Below, in pieces: positions 18,733 to 26,552 of a stretch of DNA of 31,109 bases. The DNA is from a virus (lineage: Duplodnaviria > Caudoviricetes), in the IMG/VR virus record IMGVR_UViG_3300044484_000047, positions 1 to 31,109 of that record; one strand, given 5' to 3'. Position 1 is the stretch's first letter. Each line of letters opens with the position of its first letter. Under the pieces are notes generated by a model. The model did no database searches and had not been told where the DNA came from. It was given only the letters and a program-made list of their open reading frames with translations. Position numbers and translations under genes: made by a program.

Positions 18733-20849
18733 TGTCGAAAGAGGTCTACGAGTGGTCCGTGACCCCCGCGTCGAACGGGCTCTTCAACCCGGTCGATGGC
18801 GGATGGCCGGAGGGCATGACGCGGCAGGACGTGAACAACGCGGCGCGTGAGGATCTCGCTGCGCTGCGGCGGTACTACAACGACCCCGAGTGGATCAAGG
18901 TCCGCTACCAGGGGCCGCTCCCCGCGAACGTCGGCGTCTTCGCGCGCACCGGCGCGAACACCTGCACGATCACGCTCGCCGCGACGGACCTCTCGTCGTA
19001 CTTCAGGGCGGGCCGGGTGGTCAAGATCAAGGACGGATCCGGCGTCGGCGTCGACCTCGTGACGCAATGCTCGGTCAACGCCACCTACCTCTCCGGCGTC
19101 ACGACGATCACGACCAAGGCCGCGATCAACGTCGCGGCGACCGACATCTGGGCGAACACCTCGAGCGTCATCCGCGCGCAGGGACTCGTCGAGAGCTCGA
19201 GCGAATGGTTCATCCCGGCGACGGCGGACTCCGCCGGCATCCAGGGCGCGATCGACGCTGCGGATGCGGCCGGCGGTGGGATCGTCTTCCTCAACCAGTC
19301 GAGCTACTCGATCGGCACGCAGATCGACATCACGGGCACGAAGGGGAACGTGGTCATCTGGGGCAAGCACCCGCAGGTCACGCTCCTCCGCACGGCCGCG
19401 ATCAACTCGATCATCAACTTCTCGAACGCCACGAAGTCGCTCGAGATCCGCAACGTCAAGTTCGACGGCGACTGGCTCGCCAACCCGACCGGCAACGGCT
19501 ACGGACTCAGCGTCGGCAACTGCCTGAGCCTGCTCGTCGACCAATGCGACTTCGCACGCTGCGAGTCCGGCATCCGCTTCACCGTCTCGGGGCAGAAGCG
19601 CATCGTCATCCGCGACTCGAGCTTCACGTTCCACCGCTACGGGATCTCGACGGCATCGGTCGCCGACACCTTCGAGGGCTCGATCTCCGGCTGCACGTTC
19701 GACGGAACGCTCCAGTCCCTTCCCGCGCCCGCGTCGATGCGCCTCTCCGGTGCGTGGGCCGTGACGGGAAACGTCCTGCGGAACTTCTCGCACGCCTCGC
19801 TCGTGCCGACCGGGATCTACATCTGGGACCGCACGACGGGCGATCTTGGCGGTCTGCGCTCGAGCGTCGTCGGGAACGTCATCGTGGGGACGGCGGCCAC
19901 GGGCATCGCGATCTGGATGGGGACGAGCGATGGCGTGTGCAACGGCAACACCATCACGGGCGGCTCGGGGACGACCGGGATTAAGCTCGGCAGCAACACG
20001 GCGAGCGCCTTCGCAGAGCGGATCAGTTGCGTCGGGAACACGATCGCGGCTGGTTCTCTGGGGATTCAGGTCTCGGAGTTCTGCCGTCAGAGCACGATCG
20101 TCGGGAACGCCATTCGCCCCAACTCCGGGACCGGGATCTCGCTCGGTGGCGATCTGATGCTCGTCCAGGGGAACTTCATTCGGAACTGTCCGGTCGGGAT
20201 CGACGTGCTCGCGACTGCGGCGCTACCGATGATCTCGAACAACCTCGTCACCGAAACTTCGTCGGACAACATCATCGTCCGAGCCTCTTCGAGCGGCGTC
20301 GCTGTGATGAACAACTTCCTGCCCGGCACGCCGACCCGCGGAATCAACGTCGAGTTGAATGCCCTCGATGCGGGCGTGTTTAACAACTACGCCCCCGCAT
20401 TGGCATCTCCTCTCACGAACCTATCGACTACGACACGCTTCGCGCGGAACCGTGAGATCCCGTTTTCGGTTGTGCATTCCGGGCTTGCCACAGCTCTTCC
20501 CGGAGGTTTTGGTGCTGAGACGATCCTCGTCACGACCCCATTGCCGGGGGACGGAGGCATTGGAACGTACTTGGTTCATTTCAGTTCTAGGGCCGCGACT
20601 GGCGAGTTCCAATATTTGATCCGAACCGGACCGCTCGGGACCATCGCCGATCCGATCGTGTTCACAAGCAAGACCCTCAATGCCGGCGCTGCACCTGAGC
20701 ATTCGCTCTACTACGACGGAGCTTTGACGTTCACCATCACGGATGCGACTACTGTGACGATGAATGTGATGGGGAAGCGGACTAACGGAACGGCGACGAC
20801 GATCGACTGGGGGATCATGGTCACGAAGCTATCGGAACCTCTGGGGTAG
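18732..20849 (+). CDS. Tailspike / depolymerase with right-handed parallel beta-helix
   Basis: DSAGIQGAIDAA..AGGGIVFL is a pectate-lyase-3-like start, followed by repeated [VI].GN.[IV] coils. Confidence 0.85.
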   Translation: MSKEVYEWSVTPASNGLFNPVDGGWPEGMTRQDVNNAAREDLAALRRYYNDPEWIKVRYQGPLPANVGVFARTGANTCTITLAATDLSSYFRAGRVVKIKDGSGVGVDLVTQCSVNATYLSGVTTITTKAAINVAATDIWANTSSVIRAQGLVESSSEWFIPATADSAGIQGAIDAADAAGGGIVFLNQSSYSIGTQIDITGTKGNVVIWGKHPQVTLLRTAAINSIINFSNATKSLEIRNVKFDGDWLANPTGNGYGLSVGNCLSLLVDQCDFARCESGIRFTVSGQKRIVIRDSSFTFHRYGISTASVADTFEGSISGCTFDGTLQSLPAPASMRLSGAWAVTGNVLRNFSHASLVPTGIYIWDRTTGDLGGLRSSVVGNVIVGTAATGIAIWMGTSDGVCNGNTITGGSGTTGIKLGSNTASAFAERISCVGNTIAAGSLGIQVSEFCRQSTIVGNAIRPNSGTGISLGGDLMLVQGNFIRNCPVGIDVLATAALPMISNNLVTETSSDNIIVRASSSGVAVMNNFLPGTPTRGINVELNALDAGVFNNYAPALASPLTNLSTTTRFARNREIPFSVVHSGLATALPGGFGAETILVTTPLPGDGGIGTYLVHFSSRAATGEFQYLIRTGPLGTIADPIVFTSKTLNAGAAPEHSLYYDGALTFTITDATTVTMNVMGKRTNGTATTIDWGIMVTKLSEPLG

Positions 20850-20852
20850 ATC

Positions 20853-22496
20853 ATGGACATCGACCGTTGGCAGCGAACCGCTTCAGGAAATAGCACCACG
20901 GCGCCCGATGGCTTCCCGGAAGGGATGACCCGGCAGGACGTGAACGACTCCGCTCGCGAGGTGATGGCTGCGGCGAAGCGCTTCTACGACTCGCCGGATT
21001 TCCGCAATCCGTTCCGCAACTTCACGCTGACCCGCACGACGGGAACGGTTTGGATTCTCGTCGACGGCGGCGGGCAGACGAACGCGGGGCAATTCCTCGA
21101 GCTCAACCAGCGCGTGAAGATGGTCATCTCGACGAACCCGACCGTCGATTACTGGGAGGGATGGGTCTCGGCTCTGCCCGCCTATGGTGCGCCGAACCAG
21201 AACGTCACCTTCACTTGGATCGCGGCGGAGTCGAAGGACGCCGTGGGTCCGACGACGGCGACCAACTGCGTGCTGACGGTGGGGCCGAAGGAGCTGGGGC
21301 AGGCGGCGTGGTACGACACGGGCACGGGCGCGACGCAGATCCCGCTCGGTGGCGACATCAAGCCTTATGCGCTGGCGACGAACGAAAACGCTCTGGACGT
21401 GGGTTTTGTCCAGGGTCTCACCGCTCTCGAAATCGCGGAAGCGGCAACGCGCGGCCGTCTCAACGCGAACGGCGGGATGCTCTTCTGGAGCCGCGGCGTC
21501 TCGTTCACGAATGCAACGGTGCCGCTCAACAGCGACAACAACTCGATCGCCGACAACTGGACGCTGCTCAGTGACGGGAATGATCGCGTGAACATCACGC
21601 GCGAGGCCGATGCCCCGGGTGGCGTGCCCGTCCGATACTCGATGAAGTTCACGACGGCGGCTGGCGTCGTCAACCAGAAGTACGGGGCGATCACATTCGC
21701 GGAGCTCGACGACGCTCTCGACGTTGGGTCCCCGAGCTCGACGAAGAAGGTGAGCGCTTCGTTCTGGATCAAGCAGGGCTCGATCGCCGGCATCAAGTCT
21801 GTCCGGGCCTACCTCTTGAACATCAAGACGGCGACGCCGACCAACGACCCCATCTCGGCGTGGGGGTCCGGCTCGGAAGGCTCGGACGTGGCGTTCAACG
21901 CGACCGACTGGGAGCAGGTCGGCGCCTCGCTCGATGTCGACCTCGACGCGATCGGTTCGGCGTGGACCGAATACAAGATCGAGGACGTGTCGATGGCGGG
22001 TGGCGGCGCGGGCCCGATCGCGATGGCGTTCATCACCGACGATGCCGTCATCGGCGCCTCGTCATCCTGGCATATCGCGGCGGTGCAGATCAACCGCGGC
22101 GTGCGGGCGCTGCCGTTCCTGCCGGAGCCGGTGGCGCTCGAGCGGGCGCGCTGCGAGCGGTACTACGAGAGCACCTTCGACGACGAGGCCGGCGTGTACC
22201 CTGCGGCGGCCTTGGGTGCGACGCACGCGCTCGCGGTCCGAAGCACCGAGGGGACCCAGCGGGTCATTGTGAACTGGCCTTTCCGAGTGCCGAAGTTCAA
22301 GGTCCCGACGATCGCGACCTACAACCCGCGCGTCGCCGGCACCGGGTTCGATGATCTCGCGGCCTCGTCTGTCCCGGTCGGAACTACGAACACGAACCGG
22401 AAGCAGGTTCACCTCATCAGCGATGCGACGGCGGCGAACGACACGACCTACTACATTGGCATCGCTGCCGCCGCCCAGATCTGGGGCAACGGCTAG
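20853..22496 (+). CDS. Second receptor-binding / tail fibre protein
   Basis: Same N-terminal PEGMTRQDVN anchor as the tailspike. Motifs NG....W.RG.S, AD.W, SFW.K and E..RCERYYE are typical of fibre carbohydrate-binding-like domains. Confidence 0.8.
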   Translation: MDIDRWQRTASGNSTTAPDGFPEGMTRQDVNDSAREVMAAAKRFYDSPDFRNPFRNFTLTRTTGTVWILVDGGGQTNAGQFLELNQRVKMVISTNPTVDYWEGWVSALPAYGAPNQNVTFTWIAAESKDAVGPTTATNCVLTVGPKELGQAAWYDTGTGATQIPLGGDIKPYALATNENALDVGFVQGLTALEIAEAATRGRLNANGGMLFWSRGVSFTNATVPLNSDNNSIADNWTLLSDGNDRVNITREADAPGGVPVRYSMKFTTAAGVVNQKYGAITFAELDDALDVGSPSSTKKVSASFWIKQGSIAGIKSVRAYLLNIKTATPTNDPISAWGSGSEGSDVAFNATDWEQVGASLDVDLDAIGSAWTEYKIEDVSMAGGGAGPIAMAFITDDAVIGASSSWHIAAVQINRGVRALPFLPEPVALERARCERYYESTFDDEAGVYPAAALGATHALAVRSTEGTQRVIVNWPFRVPKFKVPTIATYNPRVAGTGFDDLAASSVPVGTTNTNRKQVHLISDATAANDTTYYIGIAAAAQIWGNG

Positions 22497-22504
22497 GAGT
22501 CTCC

Positions 22505-22876
22505 ATGCCCTTCGTGAACGACCGCGTGATGGATCTCGGGCTCAACGTCCTCGACACCGAGGCGAACCAGTTGAACATCTGCAACCTCGAGCCCGTGACG
22601 TATGCGTCGGCCACGTCGACGAACAGCCTCGGCGTGAAGACCTCGTTCACGATCGGCGCTCCTTCCGACCGGACTCCGACCGGGCGGAGGGTAACGACCC
22701 AGCTCATCACGGATGGCGTCATCAACGTCACCGGGACGGCAAGCCACTGGGCCATCGTGGACACGGTGAACGCGCGTCTTCTCGCGACCGGATCGCTCGC
22801 ATCTTCCCAGTCCGTGACGAACGGAAACACCTTCTCGCTGCCGGGTTTCGACATCGGCATCCCCGACGCGGCATAG
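22505..22876 (+). CDS. Small beta-rich structural protein (tail/fibre associated)
   Basis: AGGAG RBS. 123 aa with GTASHWAI.D....LLATG.L...Q.VT.GNTF.L..FDI. Confidence 0.7.
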   Translation: MPFVNDRVMDLGLNVLDTEANQLNICNLEPVTYASATSTNSLGVKTSFTIGAPSDRTPTGRRVTTQLITDGVINVTGTASHWAIVDTVNARLLATGSLASSQSVTNGNTFSLPGFDIGIPDAA

Positions 22877-22892
22877 CCCGCAGGAGTCCAAC

Positions 22893-23324
22893 ATGGCGAT
22901 CTATTCTCTCTCTCAGCGAACCACGGTCACGACGATCGCTGCGGCCTCTTGGGCTGCGCTCTCGCCGGCCACGAATGAAGCGGCGGTGATGGAGCTCGGC
23001 TACTTCAACGGAGCTGCGACGGCCAACGTCGTCGGCATTGGTCGGAGCGCGAACACGCCGACGCTGACGGGCGGCGTGGCCTTCCTCCCGGAAGACGAGG
23101 GCCGCCCGGCCGGCGTCACCCAGTCCGCGGTCGCCTTCGGTACGGCGCCCACCGTCCCGGCGAACTTCTTCCGGCGCTTCAGCCAAGCGGCGCTGATCGG
23201 CGCGGCGGTCGTCTTCACATTCCCGCGCGGCATCGTGCTCGCAGGCGGCGGCGCGGCGATCGTGGCCTGGAACATCACGGCGAACAGCGCCGTGGTGGAC
23301 ATCCATTGCGTGGTCGACGAGTGA
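22893..23324 (+). CDS. Hypothetical beta-rich protein, probably structural
   Basis: AGGAG RBS. 143 aa, Ala/Thr-rich. TGATG-coupled to the next gene. Confidence 0.7.
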   Translation: MAIYSLSQRTTVTTIAAASWAALSPATNEAAVMELGYFNGAATANVVGIGRSANTPTLTGGVAFLPEDEGRPAGVTQSAVAFGTAPTVPANFFRRFSQAALIGAAVVFTFPRGIVLAGGGAAIVAWNITANSAVVDIHCVVDE

Positions 23325-23605
23325 TGAAGCGCGCGGATCTCGACGACAAGCACGGCCAGACGATCGTGGCGCGCATCGAGATCGTGATGAACCGAGCCGG
23401 CGAATGCCGGGTCGAGGGCTCGATCACCGACAAGGCGTTCGCGCACTTCATGCTCGACACGGCGCGCGACGTGGTGAACGGCTACCACGCTCGAGGCGGT
23501 TCGATCATCGTGCCGGCCTACGACACGGCGCTCGTCGGCACGAACGAGGAGAAGCTCTTGCTCGCCGCGCGCCACGAGCTCGCCGACGCGATGGGGAATC
23601 GCTGA
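23324..23605 (+). CDS. Hypothetical protein (possible assembly chaperone)
   Basis: TGATG-coupled at both ends. 93 aa and charged, unlike its neighbours. Confidence 0.65.
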   Translation: MKRADLDDKHGQTIVARIEIVMNRAGECRVEGSITDKAFAHFMLDTARDVVNGYHARGGSIIVPAYDTALVGTNEEKLLLAARHELADAMGNR

Positions 23606-24129
23606 TGGGCGTCCAGCATCTCTACGGAACGGCAGGAGCCACGGGCGGCGGATTCGCGACGCTCGCCGGACTTCAACCGTCCTACGAGGAGTCGTGTCAC
23701 GAGCCCCGCTGGTCATGGCAGCAACGCGCGCCCAAGACGCTGAATGATCGGAATGCTTGGCGCTCGGGCTGGAGCTTCGGGTGCAGCACGATGGGTGGCG
23801 GACTCGACTACGGCGCTATCGAGACCGACGCGGATCGGTTCGAGCCGTTCTCTTGCGACGGGCCGGGCACGCAATCGCTCAAGTTCCTGAAGGGTGTGTG
23901 CCGGGATGTCTCGAACAACCCGCTCTCGGGCGTCGTTGTGCAGGCGTTCCGCACGAGCGACGACACGTTCGCAGGCTACGAGGTGCAGAGCCGAGGCGAT
24001 GGCAGCTACGACCTCGCGACCAACTTCCCCGGCGTCGCCCACTACGCGGTCGCCTACCTCGCCGGATCTCCCGATCGGGCAGGGACGACCGTCAACACGC
24101 TGATCCCGACCAACGTCGACGGCACTTGA
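23605..24129 (+). CDS. Protein with a C-terminal carboxypeptidase-regulatory/prealbumin-like beta domain
   Basis: Motif LKGVCRD...NPLSGVVVQAF.......VQSRGDGSY. TGATG start. Confidence 0.65.
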   Translation: MGVQHLYGTAGATGGGFATLAGLQPSYEESCHEPRWSWQQRAPKTLNDRNAWRSGWSFGCSTMGGGLDYGAIETDADRFEPFSCDGPGTQSLKFLKGVCRDVSNNPLSGVVVQAFRTSDDTFAGYEVQSRGDGSYDLATNFPGVAHYAVAYLAGSPDRAGTTVNTLIPTNVDGT

Positions 24130-24141
24130 GGCGGGCGCGAT

Positions 24142-24927
24142 GTGCCGACGATCATCCTACGTCCCGGCGAAGCCCTTCCGAAAGACATCGTTCTTCGGGA
24201 TGTTGATTCCGGCCTAACGCTCACCGTCACGGTGATCTACCTCGACACGCTCGAGGCGATCCCGACCGACATCAAGCTCACGGTGCCGGGCGTCCAGCCG
24301 GCGGCGATTAGTTCGCATTCGCTCACGACGACCGGGATCTCCTCCGGTGTGCCATCGGTCGACTCTCCGGCCCTGACCCAGCGCCACAACTTCGGCGTCT
24401 CCGTCAACGACTTCCCCAGTCCCACGGTCGGCACTCCGGCTCTCACCCAGATCCACGCGCTGACTGCGACCTCGATCGCCACCGCCGCGCCATCGGTCGG
24501 CGCTCCTGCGCTCACGCAGCTCCACGCCCTCTCGGCCATTTCGATCGCCACCTCGGCCCCGTCCGTGGGGACGCCGACGCTGGGGCAGTTGCACGTCCTC
24601 TCGGCGACGAGCATCGCGGCTGGCACCCCTTCGGTCGGCACTCCAACGCTGACCGAAGGGGCGCCGCTCGTGCTCTTCGGGACCATCGTCAGCGAGCCGT
24701 TCTCGGGCCCAGTCCTCGACACGGGTTGGACTGTGCTGTGCCCGGTGGCGCAGCTCGGTGACATCTCGATCCGCACGGTCGTCGTCGAGCCGATGATCGT
24801 GCCGGCGATCCTGATCGGGCAGGTCTGGATCGAGCCCGTGGTGACGCTGAGCTCGAGCTCGCGACCGGCGATCCTGGGCATCGAGGCGGAGATCCGCCAG
24901 ACTCCCGCGAAAGGGGTGATCCGATGA
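24142..24927 (+). CDS. Repeat-containing fibrous protein
   Basis: GTG start. Five 23-aa tandem repeats. ATGA overlap with the next gene. Confidence 0.7.
   Translation: MPTIILRPGEALPKDIVLRDVDSGLTLTVTVIYLDTLEAIPTDIKLTVPGVQPAAISSHSLTTTGISSGVPSVDSPALTQRHNFGVSVNDFPSPTVGTPALTQIHALTATSIATAAPSVGAPALTQLHALSAISIATSAPSVGTPTLGQLHVLSATSIAAGTPSVGTPTLTEGAPLVLFGTIVSEPFSGPVLDTGWTVLCPVAQLGDISIRTVVVEPMIVPAILIGQVWIEPVVTLSSSSRPAILGIEAEIRQTPAKGVIR
24316..24660 (+). repeat. Five degenerate 69-bp (23-aa) coding tandem repeats
   Basis: HSLTTTGISSGVPSVDSPALTQR / HNFGVSVNDFPSPTVGTPALTQI / HALTATSIATAAPSVGAPALTQL / HALSAISIATSAPSVGTPTLGQL / HVLSATSIAAGTPSVGTPTLTEG. Confidence 0.9.
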
Positions 24928-25484
24928 CGACCGTCCTCCGCTACGCCAGCGACAACCTCATCGAGATCCGGGGGCCCGTGAACGGGGCGACCGGCGCCCC
25001 GATTACCTCCGCCGCATCCTGCGTCGGCCGGCTCTTCTACGACGAGAAGGACACCACCCTCCGGGCCAACGTCTCCAGCGGGACGGCGCTCTCCGTGACC
25101 TCGACCCGGAAGTGGGCGGTCGGGGACCGGGCCCTGATCTGGCGCGACACCGCCGTCTGGGTCGACCTCGGGCTGGTCACGGTCGTCGACCACACCACGA
25201 ACACTCTCACCGTCACGAACGCGGTCCCTGGCCTGTGCTCGAAGGGCAACCGGGTCAGCCACGCTCTGGGGACGGGGACCCAGCACGAGTTCACCCTCTC
25301 GTTCTACCAGGGGACGATCGCGCCGGCGGCCGGGCGGCTGGACTACGGCTTCCGGGGCACCGTCCCGGACACCCAGGTTGGGCTTTCGATCGGCGACATC
25401 ATCCGCATCGAGGTCGATCTGGATGCGTCCGCCGGAGTCCGCCTCACCGAGATCTTTCGCGCCTATGTCACGGGCGGCTCGTAG
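24924..25484 (+). CDS. Hypothetical beta-rich structural protein
   Basis: ATGA-coupled start. 186 aa, Thr/Val/Gly-rich. Confidence 0.7.
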   Translation: MTTVLRYASDNLIEIRGPVNGATGAPITSAASCVGRLFYDEKDTTLRANVSSGTALSVTSTRKWAVGDRALIWRDTAVWVDLGLVTVVDHTTNTLTVTNAVPGLCSKGNRVSHALGTGTQHEFTLSFYQGTIAPAAGRLDYGFRGTVPDTQVGLSIGDIIRIEVDLDASAGVRLTEIFRAYVTGGS

Positions 25485-25513
25485 CCCGCTATCGTTTTCC
25501 CACGGAGGATCCC

Positions 25514-25780
25514 ATGGACTTCAATTCGGACACTCTCGAGATGGTTCTGGCCGCAGCCGCAGGCGCCGTGGTGGCCCTGATCGCGGTCTACGTCGGCTTC
25601 CGCAAGGGCGTGAAGGGCATGGCCGAAGCGCTCCCGGGCGAGGACTTCTTCGAGCGCCTCGACAAGAAGCTCACCGCCAAGGTGGACCCCGTGATCGACG
25701 CGATCGAGCGCGGCGTCGACAAGCTCAACCCGAACACCCACGGCGGTCCCGGGCAGGGCCCGGACGTGAAGCAGAGCTGA
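25514..25780 (+). CDS. Single-TM membrane protein, holin-like
   Basis: GGAGG RBS. One hydrophobic segment (VLAAAAGAVVALIAVYVGF) followed by RKG.K. Lies directly before the spanin-like pair. Confidence 0.5.
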   Translation: MDFNSDTLEMVLAAAAGAVVALIAVYVGFRKGVKGMAEALPGEDFFERLDKKLTAKVDPVIDAIERGVDKLNPNTHGGPGQGPDVKQS

Positions 25781-26010
25781 TGGGCGCAGAGCTCGCCGCC
25801 GCCATCGCGCCGTGGGTGGTCTTCGGCGTCGCCTTCTGCGGGATCTTGGTCTACGCGCTGCGCGCCGGGAAACGGATCGCACGCTCATCGGAGGATGCGG
25901 AGGATGCGAATGCTCGGGCGGACTTCAACCGGAAGATGGCGGATCGGAGCGTGGCGAAGGATCTCGAAGAGCTGGCTGCTCGCGCTCGTCGTCGTCGCGA
26001 ACGTCTGTAG
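25780..26010 (+). CDS. Inner-membrane spanin (Rz-like)
   Basis: TGATG start. N-terminal TM segment then a helical charged domain. Overlapped in the +1 frame by a lipoprotein ORF. Confidence 0.6.
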   Translation: MGAELAAAIAPWVVFGVAFCGILVYALRAGKRIARSSEDAEDANARADFNRKMADRSVAKDLEELAARARRRRERL

Positions 26011-26197
26011 CGGCTGCGCGCTCCTTCCCACCCGGACTGTCGTCGAGCCGCCCCCGCATTGCCCGGAGCTCACCGAGGCGCAGCTCGAGGCGCTGATGAC
26101 GAAGAGCGATCCGCAGGTCGTCCTCTGGTACTGGAACGAGTTCGACCCTTTCTGCGAGGCGCTCTACAACGCCAGCCGAGAAGCCGATGCCGACTGA
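25910..26197 (+). CDS. Outer-membrane spanin (Rz1-like lipoprotein)
   Basis: GGAGG (25899-25903) inside the Rz-like gene. Basic n-region, hydrophobic WLLALVVVA, lipobox-like CSG/C and Pro-rich EPPPHCP. Alternative start at 25904. Confidence 0.6.
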   Translation: MLGRTSTGRWRIGAWRRISKSWLLALVVVANVCSGCALLPTRTVVEPPPHCPELTEAQLEALMTKSDPQVVLWYWNEFDPFCEALYNASREADAD

Positions 26198-26456
26198 AGC
26201 CTGGGAGATTCGGATGCAATGCGCGGCGGCCGACGCCCCGCGCGTGACGACCGTCCGGCTCGAGCAGGGCTACTCCACCTCGACCGGCCAGCCCTGCGTG
26301 GTCGCGACGGCGCGCAACAACCAGGGGGACCTTGTGTCAGAAACGGTCACGAGGTCTTACCCCCTCGACTGCGTGGCCGTACCCGAGGCCCCACTTCAGG
26401 CTTCGGTGGCGCTTGGGCTCGCGCTTCTTGCTTTGCTCTCTCGCGCTCGGCGCTGA
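26187..26456 (+). CDS. Small protein with a PEP-CTERM-like C-terminal anchor
   Basis: Ends VPEAPLQASVALGLALLALLSRARR: VPE motif, TM helix, Arg cluster. Confidence 0.6.
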   Translation: MPTEAWEIRMQCAAADAPRVTTVRLEQGYSTSTGQPCVVATARNNQGDLVSETVTRSYPLDCVAVPEAPLQASVALGLALLALLSRARR

Positions 26457-26459
26457 GCA

Positions 26460-26521
26460 TCGGGCTCGAGCAGACCCGACACGAGACCGGGGCGGGAGCC
26501 TTCGACTTCGGCTCCCACCCC
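26460..26521 (-). terminator. Tandem hairpins between the convergent late and recombination operons
   Basis: On the minus strand GGGGTGGGAGCC pairs with GGCTCCCGCCCC (12 bp, one G-U; 26489-26521). A second TCGGGT/GCCCGA stem lies at 26460-26479. No U-tract. Confidence 0.55.
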
Positions 26522-26552
26522 AGCTCGGTCGTATCGCAGAGGGCGCAGCGCC

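Noticed and set aside
24316-24660. CRISPR-like periodic array
   Set aside because: The repeats are in-frame, degenerate at third codon positions and have no unique spacers. They are a protein repeat.
18732-24927. Diversity-generating retroelement or invertible tail-fibre switch
   Set aside because: No reverse transcriptase or invertase, no TR/VR pair differing at adenines, and no flanking inverted repeats were seen.
26146-26152. C-CCT-TTC heptamer in the o-spanin that might fuse its lipoprotein signal to the PEP-CTERM-like TM (a u-spanin-like product)
   Set aside because: A -1 shift leads to a short junk frame ending at 26247. The fusion would need +1, for which there is no signal.
26457-26552. 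tRNA or structured ncRNA in the largest intergenic gap
   Set aside because: No cloverleaf, T-loop or CCA end. The hairpins are adequately explained as terminator-like elements between convergent operons.
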